A stretch of DNA of 64,000 nucleotides from Spirochaetia bacterium (GTDB lineage: Bacteria; Spirochaetota; Spirochaetia; SZUA-6; Bin103). Below are positions 40,884 through 50,387 of the stretch, in pieces (within the stretch, counting starts at the first letter, position 1; every line of letters begins with the position of its first letter). The stretch is taken from the NCBI GenBank assembly GCA_965203055.1, contig OZ241863.1, positions 3,424,001 to 3,488,000 on the forward strand. The letters are read 5' to 3'. Made by a program: the position numbers and the translations under genes. The notes beneath the pieces were generated by a model, which saw only the letters and a list, made by a program, of their open reading frames with translations, searched no databases and was not told the origin of the DNA.

Positions 40884-42869
40884 TCAAGGTAGCGCAACCC
40901 GGCGCTGGCGGCGATACCAGACGCCGATGGCCGCCACGAACGCAATCTGGGCCGCGCTGTACGCGCCCAGGCCCAGCAACACCCCATCGGTAAAGCCGTA
41001 CGAGTGCAGGCCGACCCCCAGGGCGTTGATCCCGAACCAGGCCGCCATCACCACGATGATCAGCAGCGCCGCGCCGGCCGCCATCCCGAATGGTCCGATC
41101 ATCTTGCCCAGCCGGGCGTGAAACAGGACCGCGCACCACAGCACGATGAGCAGGGCGCCGTTCTCCTTCGGGTCCCAGCCCCAGAAGCGGCCCCACGACT
41201 GGTCGGCCCAGATGCCCCCCAGCATGGTGCCGGCGAAGGAACAGGTGAGCCCCAGGGCAAGCGCGCCGAACAGCGTCCGGTAGGTGTGCGCCAGCCGCCC
41301 GGCGGCCGCCCGCGAAGGGGCGGCGCCGCGGCGTCCCTGCAGCACCGCCTGCAGCATGTATACGTGGCCGATCAGCCCGGCCACGCAGCACGCCATGTAG
41401 CCGGTGGTTATTACGATGACGTGAGTGGAGAGCCAGAAGTTGGTGTCCAGCACCGCCTGCAGCACCGGCATGGTATCGCCCTCGGCCGAGAACTTGCCGG
41501 ACAGCAGGAAGAACACGAACCCGCCGGCCAACCCGCAGAAGACGCCGAGGTAGCGCTTGCGCAGGTACTCCATGACGATCCCGCACACCACCGCGCCCCA
41601 GCCGACGAACACGAAGGTCTCGAACAGATTGGTGACCGGCGGCCGATCGGTGATCAGGATGCGCAGCACCAGGCCGAAGGTGTGCGGGATGAAGCCCACC
41701 ATCAGCAGCAGCAGGCTGGCCCGATACAACCAGGTTCTGAAGCCGACGAACGACAGCGCCAGCACCAGCAGCCCGACGCCGTAGGCCACGCGGGCCGCCA
41801 GATAGGGGTTGGCGCGATTGTAGAGGATTTCGAGATTGGGATCCTTGAGTTCCAGCTCGGGCGCGATGCGGCGTTGCACCGAATCGGTGAACTGGCGCGC
41901 CGCCAGTCCGAAGCGCAGATCGCGTCCCTCCAGGTACGCCACCTGCAGGTCGCGCAACGCCAGCAGCTCGTTTTCCAGCGCCCGGAGCTGCGCCGCCCCG
42001 AGCCCCGCGGTCCGCTGCCCGTCGAGGACCTGCCAGGGCGTGAGCCAGCGCACCTCGCCGGCGCCGGAAACGGGAATGATCGGCAACGGGAAGCCGACGA
42101 AGTTGCCCTGCCACGCGGCGAGACTCTGACTGAGGCGCAGCAGCAACCCATCGCCGCGGCTGAAGGTCCCGCTGGCGGCGTGGGCGGCGCCCGCCGCGGT
42201 GGCTCCCGCGCGCAGCTCGGCGCGCCGCAGAGCGATGTCGAGATAGCTGTAGGTGCCGGTGCCGGGCAGTCCGAGCAGCTCCGCTACCGCCTGCTCGTCT
42301 ACCTGAAAGTCGCGGTGCGGATAGGTAAAGGCGAACGCGGACAGGAGATTGGCATAGAGACCGACGTTGTTCCACAGGCGCAGGATCTCGCGCTCGACAA
42401 TGGTACGGCTGTCCTCGCTGATCGCCGCGGCTTCCTCGGCCAGCCGTTCCAGCTCCTCCAGGCCGGGCAGCAGGAAGGAGACGCTGTAACGGTCGCGGCC
42501 GCGCGACTCCAGGCCCATCGCCTCCAGCACGGCCGGATTGTCTACCAGGAAGACCGCGTCGTCGTGGGTCTCGTTGGGCGTGAACAGCACCCGCGCCAAC
42601 CATTCGCCGGCGGGCCGGCGGGCGAAGCTGCGCCGCCCGGACAGGCGCAGCAGGGTAATGCGCGCGTAGCTGTCCAGCGGCATAAGCCGGCCTCCCTCCA
42701 CCACCACGATGCGCTGCAGTGGGCCGAGGTCGGTAATGCGCAACGCTCCGGGCGCGAAGTCGCCGCTGCCGGCGAGCCCCGGCGCGGCTGCCTCCTGCGC
42801 CGCGCCGGCCGCGGCAATCAGCAGCGCCGCCAGCGCCGCGGCCGCGCGCCTAGGCACCGTTGGGCCCAA
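40884..42869 (-). CDS. ccsA: system II cytochrome c biogenesis protein CcsA/ResC with large N-terminal soluble domain
   Basis: GRLMPLDSYAR, RPPVTNLFE, LDTNFWLSTHV, WADQSWGRFWGWDPKE (WWD motif), GLHSYG; start uncertain. Confidence 0.9.
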   Translation of the reverse strand: MGPTVPRRAAAALAALLIAAAGAAQEAAAPGLAGSGDFAPGALRITDLGPLQRIVVVEGGRLMPLDSYARITLLRLSGRRSFARRPAGEWLARVLFTPNETHDDAVFLVDNPAVLEAMGLESRGRDRYSVSFLLPGLEELERLAEEAAAISEDSRTIVEREILRLWNNVGLYANLLSAFAFTYPHRDFQVDEQAVAELLGLPGTGTYSYLDIALRRAELRAGATAAGAAHAASGTFSRGDGLLLRLSQSLAAWQGNFVGFPLPIIPVSGAGEVRWLTPWQVLDGQRTAGLGAAQLRALENELLALRDLQVAYLEGRDLRFGLAARQFTDSVQRRIAPELELKDPNLEILYNRANPYLAARVAYGVGLLVLALSFVGFRTWLYRASLLLLMVGFIPHTFGLVLRILITDRPPVTNLFETFVFVGWGAVVCGIVMEYLRKRYLGVFCGLAGGFVFFLLSGKFSAEGDTMPVLQAVLDTNFWLSTHVIVITTGYMACCVAGLIGHVYMLQAVLQGRRGAAPSRAAAGRLAHTYRTLFGALALGLTCSFAGTMLGGIWADQSWGRFWGWDPKENGALLIVLWCAVLFHARLGKMIGPFGMAAGAALLIIVVMAAWFGINALGVGLHSYGFTDGVLLGLGAYSAAQIAFVAAIGVWYRRQRRVALP

Positions 42870-44001
42870 CAGGGGCGCCGCGCCGCCGGCGCCGCAACAC
42901 CAGGGTCTGGATGAAGTGCACGGCGAGCCCGACTCCCACCGCCGCGGTGCCGACGTAGGGCACCAGGCGGCTGCGGTTATGAACCACGGCGAACGTCGAG
43001 GTCTCCTGACCGGTCGCGTCGATCGCGTAGGAGGCCTGGTAGAACGTGTAGCCCGCGTACCGCAGCGGGTTGTTCATCGAGATCCGAGCGCTGCGGGTCA
43101 GTTCCGGCGTGCGCAGGGTGACGTCACTTTCGAAGCTGCGCGGCGTGTCCGAATTGGGGTGGAACTCGGCCCGGAAGTCCTGCAGGGTGAGGAGCAGCGG
43201 CATCGGGTGCCGCGTGCGCCGCAGGCTCACTGCCACGCGGCGCGCGCCCGCGGTGGGAACCAGCGCCGGTCCCAGGTCGCTGCCGTAGAGCAGGACCTCG
43301 GCGCTGCCGCCGGCGTGGCGCACTTCCAGCAGCAGGCCGGGGAAGTTCTCCTGCGGGTCGGGCGACACCCTGCTCTCCTCCAGACTGCCGATGCCGGAAC
43401 CGTTGATCCAGCGCACCGGCTCGTTGCTGGCGCGGCTGAAGGCGCGCGCGTTGCGGAAGTAGCGCCGCGGGCGCAGCTCCACGCCGTAGCGCGGAATGGG
43501 CACGGTGCGCCCGGCCGCCAGCGCATCGGCGTCCACCGCCGCCACCCGGCGGGTCTCGGCGCTCGGATCCCAGACCGCCACCTCCCAATCGAAGTAGTCG
43601 GAGGTGACGTTGGCGCCCTCGCCCTCCAGCAGCGAGAGGAATGACTCTTGCGCGAAGTACTGGGTAAAGAACATGCCGAAGAAGAGGGCGAACAGCCCGC
43701 CGTGGATGATCAGAATGCCGATCCGCTTCACCTGGTAGGAAAAGCGGTAGATGGTTGCCGCCAGGAGATTGACGAACAGCACCCAGAGTACGAGTTGGGC
43801 CCCGGGCAGTGGTACGAAGCCGGCCGCCAGGGTGAAGAACGACTCGAAGTAGATCTTCTGCGCGGAGTAGATCCCGTTGGGGAGCTGATGCAGGGTGCCA
43901 AGAAGGGTGAGCAGGAACAGCAGCAGCAGACACACCACCGTGACCCGCAGGTCGATCAGCAGACGCACCACCGGGTAGCGTCTGATGGCGGCAGCTAACA
44001 C
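42850..44001 (-). CDS. ResB/CcsB-like cytochrome c biogenesis protein
   Basis: LTLLGTL, GILIIHGG, FHPNSDTPRSFESDV, ISMNNPLRYAGYTFYQASY. Confidence 0.85.
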   Translation of the reverse strand: MLAAAIRRYPVVRLLIDLRVTVVCLLLLFLLTLLGTLHQLPNGIYSAQKIYFESFFTLAAGFVPLPGAQLVLWVLFVNLLAATIYRFSYQVKRIGILIIHGGLFALFFGMFFTQYFAQESFLSLLEGEGANVTSDYFDWEVAVWDPSAETRRVAAVDADALAAGRTVPIPRYGVELRPRRYFRNARAFSRASNEPVRWINGSGIGSLEESRVSPDPQENFPGLLLEVRHAGGSAEVLLYGSDLGPALVPTAGARRVAVSLRRTRHPMPLLLTLQDFRAEFHPNSDTPRSFESDVTLRTPELTRSARISMNNPLRYAGYTFYQASYAIDATGQETSTFAVVHNRSRLVPYVGTAAVGVGLAVHFIQTLVLRRRRRGAPVGPNGA

Positions 44002-44008
44002 CCGGCCA

Positions 44009-44605
44009 TCACGAGGTACGCGCGGCGGCGAGTTCCAGGCTGCCGACCAGGCGCAGGAAGTCGCTCCGCGCCGCAGCCACCGCGGCCCCGTTCCCGGACA
44101 TCTTCACGAACAGGGTCTGATCGAGCGCCGGCCCCACCGCCACCATCATCGAATCCCCGTCGGGCGCGGTCAGAGCGGTGAAGTCGTAGACGGTGAGGCG
44201 CAACCCGCCGCGGGTCGCCACCGGCTCGCCGGCGGCCAGAAACTGCGCCAGCTCGTCACCCGCGAGCCGCAGCCCGAGCTGCTCGAGCCAGCGCGCCACG
44301 TTCGCTTCGACGCCGCCGGCGGCGCCGCCAAGCATGACCACGGTGGTCTCGACCAGGGTGCTCTCGCGGTCGCCGCCCTGTTCGAGGCGGAACGCCGCGA
44401 GCCGGATCCCGTCACCCGGCAGCTCCTGCCACGTCGGCGGCGTCTGCCACGCCAGCGGCGCCGCGCCGCCGAGGGGGCCACTGCCGTCGAAGGCCGCCTC
44501 CACCGGCGAGGGTTTGATGACCACTTCGTCATACTCGCGCACGCGCGGCTCGCGCGCGCAGGCCGCCGTCGCCAGGAGGGCCGCGCCGAGGAGCAACCGG
44601 GTCAC
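44009..44605 (-). CDS. hypothetical lipoprotein associated with ccs genes
   Basis: Lipobox TAAC; WQTPPTWQE..GIRLAAF, GGVEANVARW, LFVKMSG. Confidence 0.7.
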   Translation of the reverse strand: MTRLLLGAALLATAACAREPRVREYDEVVIKPSPVEAAFDGSGPLGGAAPLAWQTPPTWQELPGDGIRLAAFRLEQGGDRESTLVETTVVMLGGAAGGVEANVARWLEQLGLRLAGDELAQFLAAGEPVATRGGLRLTVYDFTALTAPDGDSMMVAVGPALDQTLFVKMSGNGAAVAAARSDFLRLVGSLELAAARTS

Positions 44606-44614
44606 CGGCAGCGC

Positions 44615-44896
44615 CTAGCCGCCGGCGTCGGCCAGGCGGGTCACCGTACGCACCTCCGGCAACGGCACCACCACCCGGTCAAGCTCCTTCCACTGGCCGA
44701 AGCGAGCCGCGGTGCGCACGTATTGCTCCTTCGACGGACCGCCCTCGCCCTCGGTGTGGCGCGCGACGTCGAGCAGTACGATTCCGTCGCTCCGCTGTTC
44801 GAAGAAGCGGCCGATGTAGAGCGCCGGGCCGACGGTATCCACCACTACGGTGATGCCGTGCAGCTCGCCCCTGGCCGCATGCCTGGAGTGTCTCAG
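44615..44896 (-). CDS. small conserved-looking hypothetical protein (start uncertain, possibly CTG)
   Basis: ELHGITVVVDT.GPALYIGR...VLLDV...VVVP...V.RL beta-rich body fills the gap in the operon. Confidence 0.6.
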   Translation of the reverse strand: MRHSRHAARGELHGITVVVDTVGPALYIGRFFEQRSDGIVLLDVARHTEGEGGPSKEQYVRTAARFGQWKELDRVVVPLPEVRTVTRLADAGG

Positions 44897-45315
44897 GCGG
44901 ACAGGTGCTCGTCGAACGCTGCCACGAGATCCGCGGCGATCGCCTGCGGCGCGCGCCCCTCGATCTGATGGCGCGGGTACATGAACACCAGCTCGCCGCC
45001 ACGGAACAGCGCGACCGATGGGCTGCTCGGCGGAATATGGGGAAGGTAGCTGCGCGCCTTGACGGTAGCGTCCAGGTCCTGACCGGCAAATACGGTGGCG
45101 ATGCGATCCGGAGTCACCTCGTGGCGCAGCGCCAGCCTGATGCCGGGGCGCGCGCTGCCGGCCGCGCAGCCGCATACGGAATTGATGACGATCATGGCGG
45201 ATCCGGTCTCGTCGGCCATGAACCGGTCTACGTCGGCGGCGGTCAGCAATTCTTCGATGCCCACCGCGGTGAGCTCGTCGCGCATTGGTTGCACGAGCAC
45301 AGGGTCGTACGGCAT
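44893..45315 (-). CDS. bacilliredoxin, BrxA/BrxB (YphP/YqiW) family
   Basis: VQPMRDELT, INSVCGCAAGSARP (CGC motif), TVFAGQD, PPSSPS, RHQIEG. Confidence 0.93.
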   Translation of the reverse strand: MPYDPVLVQPMRDELTAVGIEELLTAADVDRFMADETGSAMIVINSVCGCAAGSARPGIRLALRHEVTPDRIATVFAGQDLDATVKARSYLPHIPPSSPSVALFRGGELVFMYPRHQIEGRAPQAIAADLVAAFDEHLSA

Positions 45316-45321
45316 GCGGCT

Positions 45322-45351
45322 AACATAGTGGCGCCTGAGAATCCGCGTCAA
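45322..45351 (-). promoter_or_regulatory. promoter of the bacilliredoxin-ccs-tat operon (leaderless geometry)
   Basis: TTGACG-N18-TATGTT-N6-ATG. Confidence 0.65.
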
Positions 45352-45371
45352 GCCGGCACCGCGGCGCGGCG

Positions 45372-46274
45372 CTACACCGGCCGCACGTCGGCGGCCGCGG
45401 GAAGCGCCGCGCGCGCGGCCGGAGCCGCCAGTTCGCGCGCCGCCGCCGCGGCCGCGGGAGCCGGCGCGACCCCCACGCCGGCCGCGGCCGGCGCGCGCCG
45501 GCGCCGGGTTCCCACCGCCGGCGCGAGCGGCGCCCCGGCGGGCGCGTTCCCGGAGGCGGCCGGCGCCGCGGGAATGGCGCCGAAGCGGCGCTCGCGGCCG
45601 TGGAACTCCTGGATCGCCGCCTGCATTTCGCCGCGGCTGAAGTCGGGCCACATCACCTCGGTGAAGTACAGCTCGGCGTAGGCGGCCTCCCAGAGCAGGA
45701 AGTCACTGAGACGTTGCTCGCCGCCGGTGCGGATGATCAGATCCACCTCCTGCACCGCACACTCGCCGGCCGGGCTGGCTACCAGCCGGCCAAAGGCCGC
45801 GTACCGTTCCTTCGCGCCGGCCGCGGCCAGCTCGGAGAGCCGTTCCGCGGCCGCCAGGATCGCATCCCGCGCCGAGTAGTCGATGGCGATGCGCAGCAGC
45901 AGGCGCCGGCCATCCCGGGTGGTCCGTTCGGCGGTGTCGATGGCGCGGCGCAAGGGCGCTCCAAGACGGTCGCGGCGCCCGATTACCTGGACCCGCACGC
46001 CGTTTGCCACGCACTCGTCCATCTCGCCGTACAGGTGGCGCTCGAACAGCCGCATCAGCAGCCTGACCTCGCGCGCCGGACGGTGCCAGTTATTGGCCGA
46101 GAACGCGTACAGGGTGAGCACCCGCACGCCGAAGTCGGGCGCGGCGCGCACGCAGGAGCGCACCGCCCGCAGTCCGGCGCGATGGCCGCGGTAGCGGCTC
46201 AACCGTTGGCGCGCGGCCCAGCGGCCGTTGCCGTCCATGATGATGCCGACGTGCAGTCCTCCGGTACCGTTCAC
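45372..46274 (-). CDS. uppS: cis-prenyltransferase (undecaprenyl/decaprenyl diphosphate synthase)
   Basis: [51 protein letters not shown]; Ala/Pro-rich C-terminal tail. Confidence 0.93.
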   Translation of the reverse strand: MNGTGGLHVGIIMDGNGRWAARQRLSRYRGHRAGLRAVRSCVRAAPDFGVRVLTLYAFSANNWHRPAREVRLLMRLFERHLYGEMDECVANGVRVQVIGRRDRLGAPLRRAIDTAERTTRDGRRLLLRIAIDYSARDAILAAAERLSELAAAGAKERYAAFGRLVASPAGECAVQEVDLIIRTGGEQRLSDFLLWEAAYAELYFTEVMWPDFSRGEMQAAIQEFHGRERRFGAIPAAPAASGNAPAGAPLAPAVGTRRRRAPAAAGVGVAPAPAAAAAARELAAPAARAALPAAADVRPV

Positions 46275-46414
46275 CGGACGAGACGGTCGAGGCCCGGTTC
46301 CGCCGGACCGGTCAACCCCTGGATCGCCTCCAGGAGCCGGGGCGTCACGGCAGGCGCGCCCACGCCCAGGTCCTCCGCGGCCCGCGCGGGGGTCCGCGTC
46401 GGGGTCTGCAACAT
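46271..46414 (-). CDS. possible 47-aa upstream ORF coupled to uppS
   Basis: ATG 9 nt after a -10 box; TGA overlaps the uppS GTG (GTGA). Confidence 0.3.
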   Translation of the reverse strand: MLQTPTRTPARAAEDLGVGAPAVTPRLLEAIQGLTGPAEPGLDRLVR

Positions 46415-46423
46415 GCGCTGCCA

Positions 46424-46523
46424 ACGATAGTACCTGGGCCGAAACGGAGTCAAGTACTTTGCGCTGCAAAGCCTCCCGCAAAGGCGGCGCGCGACTTGCC
46501 AACTCCGGGCACACCGTTAGACT
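46424..46523. promoter_or_regulatory. divergent promoters (uppS and fucI) with an operator-like palindrome
   Basis: Minus TTGACT-N18-TATCGT; palindrome CTTTGC-GCT-GCAAAG at 46457-46471; plus TTGCCA-N16-TAGACT. Confidence 0.55.
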
Positions 46524-46529
46524 ACGGGC

Positions 46530-48338
46530 ATGGCCTTCGCCTGGAACACCGCCGAACCAACCCACCGTCTGACCACCCCGCTGCCCCGCGTCGGCATTCG
46601 CCCGGCGATCGACGGGCGCCGCCGGGGCGTGCGCGAGTCCCTGGAAGAAGTCACCCTGAGGCAGGCGCGGCGGGTTGCGGCCTTGATCACCGACAACCTG
46701 CGCCACGCCTGCGGGTTGCCGGTCGAGTGCGTGGTGGCCGACACCTGCATCGGCGGCGCCGCGGAGGCGGCCGCCTGCGCGGCGCAGTTCCGGCGCGCCG
46801 GGGTGGGCGTCTCGCTGACGGTCACCCCCTGCTGGTGCTACGGCGCCGAGACCATGGACATGGACCCGTTGCTGCCGAAGGCGGTGTGGGGCTTCAACGG
46901 TACCGAGCGTCCGGGCGCGGTGTACCTGGCCGCGGTACTGGCGGCGCACGCCCAGAAGGGGGTGCCGGCGTTCGGCATCTACGGCCGCGAGGTCCAGGAT
47001 GCCGACGACGACGCGATCCCGGGCGACGTGCGCGCCAAGATACTCTCCTTCGTACGCGCGGGGGTGGCCGCCGGTACCATGCAGGGCACCTCCTATCTGG
47101 CCATGGGCGGGGTCTCGATGGGTATCGGCGGCTCCATCGTCGATCCCGGGTTTCTCGAGCGCTACCTGGGCATGCGCTACGAGATGGTTGACATGACCGA
47201 ATTCGTGCGGCGGATCGAGGAGGGAATCTACGACCGCGACGAGCTGGCGCGGGCCCAGGAGTGGACCGCCGGCTACTGCCGGCGCGGTCCCGACCCCAAT
47301 CCCGCGCCGCAGCGGCTGCCGGCCGCGCGCCATGCCGCCGACTGGGACTACTGTCTGAAGATGGCGCTCATCGGGCGCGATCTGATGGTGGGCAACCCGC
47401 GCCTGGCCGAGGCCGGATTCGGCGAGGAAGCGCTGGGCCACAACGCCCTGGCGGCCGGCTTCCAGGGGCAGCGCCAATGGACCGATCACTTCCCCAACGG
47501 CGACCTGCTGGAGACCCTGCTCAATACCTCGTTCGACTGGAACGGCATCCGCCAGCCCTACCTGATGGCTACCGAGAACGACTATCTGAACGGCATCACC
47601 ATGCTGTTCGGCCACTTGCTCACCGGCAGCGCGCAGGTGTTCGCCGACGTCCGCACCTACTGGAGTCCGGCCGCAATGGAGCGGGTCACCGGCCGCCGGC
47701 CGGAGGGACCGGCCGCGCAAGGAGTGTTGCACCTGATCAACTCCGGGTCCGCGGCGCTGGACGGGACCGGGCGCCAGCGCCGCGGCGGCGAACCGGCGAT
47801 GAAGCCGTTCTGGGAAATCTCGCCCGCCGAGGCGGAGGCCTGCCTGGCTGCCGCCCGCTTCTGTCCCGCGGTGCTGGAGTACTTCCGCGGCGGCGGCTAC
47901 TCCACCGAGTTCGAGACTGCCGGCGGCATGCCGGTCACCATCTCCCGCCTCAATCAGGTGGCGGGCCTGGGACCGACGCTGCAACTCGCCGAGGGCCACA
48001 CCGTGTCGCTGCCGCCGGAGATCGGCCGGCCACTGATCGAGCGCACCAATCCCACTTGGCCCACGACCTGGTTTGCGCCGCGCCTCACCGGCAGCGGGCC
48101 GTTCACCGACTCCTACTCGGTAATGGACAACTGGGGAGCCAACCACTGCGTGATCACCTGCGGCCACGTGGGAGACGCGCTGTTGACGCTGGCTTCGATC
48201 CTGCGCATCCCGGTGGGCATGCACAACGTAGCGGCCGAGCGCGTGTTCCGGCCGAAGGCGTGGAGTCTGTTCGGGCCGCTTGCCGACTACGGAGCCGACT
48301 ACCGCGCCTGCGCCAATTTCGGGCCGCTGTACGGTTGA
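46530..48338 (+). CDS. fucI: L-fucose/D-arabinose isomerase
   Basis: [59 protein letters not shown]. Confidence 0.95.
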   Translation: MAFAWNTAEPTHRLTTPLPRVGIRPAIDGRRRGVRESLEEVTLRQARRVAALITDNLRHACGLPVECVVADTCIGGAAEAAACAAQFRRAGVGVSLTVTPCWCYGAETMDMDPLLPKAVWGFNGTERPGAVYLAAVLAAHAQKGVPAFGIYGREVQDADDDAIPGDVRAKILSFVRAGVAAGTMQGTSYLAMGGVSMGIGGSIVDPGFLERYLGMRYEMVDMTEFVRRIEEGIYDRDELARAQEWTAGYCRRGPDPNPAPQRLPAARHAADWDYCLKMALIGRDLMVGNPRLAEAGFGEEALGHNALAAGFQGQRQWTDHFPNGDLLETLLNTSFDWNGIRQPYLMATENDYLNGITMLFGHLLTGSAQVFADVRTYWSPAAMERVTGRRPEGPAAQGVLHLINSGSAALDGTGRQRRGGEPAMKPFWEISPAEAEACLAAARFCPAVLEYFRGGGYSTEFETAGGMPVTISRLNQVAGLGPTLQLAEGHTVSLPPEIGRPLIERTNPTWPTTWFAPRLTGSGPFTDSYSVMDNWGANHCVITCGHVGDALLTLASILRIPVGMHNVAAERVFRPKAWSLFGPLADYGADYRACANFGPLYG

Positions 48339-49430
48339 TCAGGCGTCGCCCGGTTCGCGCGGCGGGTCGGCCTGCGGCGGCGCCGGGACGTCGGTCATGC
48401 CCATCGCCCGCGCGCGCCGTTGCCAGCGGCGGCGGGCCAGCTTCTGCATGTCGATTTCGACGTCCGACTCGTCCACGATTTCGCTGCCCAGCAGCGATTC
48501 CACCACATCTTCCATGGTGACGATCCCGGCCATGCCGCCGTACTGATCTACCAGCACCGCGATATGCTCGCGCTGATCCAGGAAGCGGGTGAACAGGTCA
48601 CGCAGAGGCTGGGTATCCGGCACCAGACCGATGCTCCGCTTCAGCTCGGCAAGCTGCCGCGCGCTGCGGCCCTCGGCGGCGCTCAGCAGCAGGTCGCTCT
48701 TGAGCACGTAGCCGGTAACGGCGTCGATGTTGTCGGCGTAGATGGGAATGCGGGAGAAGCGCAGCCCCAGGCGATCGCCGAGCACCTCCTGTACCGTGGT
48801 CTGTTCGGCAAACGCCACCACCACCGTGCGCGGCGTCATGATCTCCCGCACGCGCAGGGAACCGAAGCGAATCACGTTGCGCAGCACCCGCGACTCGCTG
48901 TCCTGCACCATCCCTTCCTGCCGGCCCAGATCGGCGATGGCGTGCAGCTCGTCCTTGCTGACCCGGGTGGGCCGGTGCCCCCGCTGCACCACGCGGCGCA
49001 ACATCCCGCCGGCCCACACGAAGGGAAACATGACGTAGATCAGCCACTGCGTTACGCGCGTCGCCGGCGGCGCCAGCGCGCGCCAGTGGGTGGCGCCGAT
49101 GGTCTTGGGAATGATTTCGGAGAGGAACAGCACCAGCAGGGTGAGCAGCGCGGAGACGAGGCCGACCGAGGCGCTGCCGAACAGCGCCAGCGCCTGGGCC
49201 CCCACCCCGGTAGCGCCGGCGGTGTTGGCAATCGTGTTCAAGGCGAGAATGGCGGCCAGCGGTCGTTCCGCGTCCCGCTTGTAGCGGGCGAGCAGGTGGC
49301 CGGTGCGCGGCCGGCGCTTGGCAACGGCGACCACGTAACTTGGGGTCACGCTCAGGATCACCGCCTCCAGAATCGAACAGAGAAAGGAAAATCCGAGCGT
49401 GCCGGCGAGCAGCAGTATCAGCAGCAACAT
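48339..49430 (-). CDS. CNNM/DUF21-CBS (hemolysin/CorC-like) membrane protein
   Basis: SFLCSILEA, LNTIANT, SEIIPKTIG, IMTPR, FSRIPIY, GIVTMEDVVE. Confidence 0.9.
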   Translation of the reverse strand: MLLLILLLAGTLGFSFLCSILEAVILSVTPSYVVAVAKRRPRTGHLLARYKRDAERPLAAILALNTIANTAGATGVGAQALALFGSASVGLVSALLTLLVLFLSEIIPKTIGATHWRALAPPATRVTQWLIYVMFPFVWAGGMLRRVVQRGHRPTRVSKDELHAIADLGRQEGMVQDSESRVLRNVIRFGSLRVREIMTPRTVVVAFAEQTTVQEVLGDRLGLRFSRIPIYADNIDAVTGYVLKSDLLLSAAEGRSARQLAELKRSIGLVPDTQPLRDLFTRFLDQREHIAVLVDQYGGMAGIVTMEDVVESLLGSEIVDESDVEIDMQKLARRRWQRRARAMGMTDVPAPPQADPPREPGDA

Positions 49431-49438
49431 GGGGGCCG

Positions 49439-50209
49439 TCAAACCCCGAACAGGTTCTCTTTCAGTGAGCCGAGGTAGCGCTCCGCGATCAACTTCAGCG
49501 GTTTGGTCGCCAGTGCGAAATTCTCGGAGAACGCCGTCAGGGTAGCGCTCAGGTCGTGGTACTCGGCTTGGCGGTGGCCCGCGGCGCGGGCGTAGAAGGC
49601 GCGCCCCTGTTCCACCCAGGTGGCCGGGCGGTAACCCAGAATGCGGTCCGCGGCGAAGATCCCGGAAGCGAACAGGCACAGGTCGGCAATGTGGCGGTAG
49701 AGGTGGAACCGGTGATCTTCCTGCACGGTCTGGCAGTAGCGGATCAGGCTGCGCAGGTCCAGGCCGTTCACGCGCATCCGGCGCAGCCTGCCGTCCCGGC
49801 GGCGCCACGTGACCGAGCGCTGTTCGGTCTTTACGAAACCAGCCAATACTCCCACCAGGTAGTCGCGAATCTCTGCCGGCCCCAGGAAGTCACAGACCGC
49901 GCCGCTGTCGAATACCGGCGTTGCGAAGTCGCCCTCGCGCTCCACGGTATAGCCTTGCCGCTGCAGGTCGCGGCGCGCCCGCAGCAACAGAACGGTAAAG
50001 AACAGGTAGCTGGAAACGTGGATGAACGCTTCCTCGGTGTCGGTAATGGCGTGAAACACGCGGTCGTCGGTGAGAATCGCCTCCCGAATCTCACGGTCGG
50101 CGCGTACGGCGCGCGCCAACGTGGGGCGCTCGCCGGCTGCCGGAGCCAGCGAATCCATGATGTACTTCAAGTCGCCGTCGGAAAACGTCGCCGCTTGCGG
50201 AAGTGCCAA
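49439..50209 (-). CDS. conserved-looking hypothetical protein
   Basis: Natural amino-acid composition (VSSYLFFTVLL, YRHIADLCLFASGIF); ends 8 nt upstream of the CNNM gene. Confidence 0.7.
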   Translation of the reverse strand: MALPQAATFSDGDLKYIMDSLAPAAGERPTLARAVRADREIREAILTDDRVFHAITDTEEAFIHVSSYLFFTVLLLRARRDLQRQGYTVEREGDFATPVFDSGAVCDFLGPAEIRDYLVGVLAGFVKTEQRSVTWRRRDGRLRRMRVNGLDLRSLIRYCQTVQEDHRFHLYRHIADLCLFASGIFAADRILGYRPATWVEQGRAFYARAAGHRQAEYHDLSATLTAFSENFALATKPLKLIAERYLGSLKENLFGV

Positions 50210-50387
50210 CAGTCACGAGCGGCCCCTTCACGCCGCCGTTTCAGCATGATACGCATCCGCAGCCGGAAGCGCAACGGCTGTGCGGCGGCGGGGGCAGCGG
50301 GCGGCTCCGCCGGCAGCAAGCACCTGGGCCGGGCGCGGCTGACCGGCGCCGCTGACCGGCGCGGCGCCTGGCCGTATACTCGGCCAC

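Noticed and set aside
44893..45315. BrxA/BrxB gene as part of the BREX system
   Set aside because: Name coincidence: the CGC motif marks a bacilliredoxin, unrelated to BREX brxA/brxB and about 39 kb from brxL
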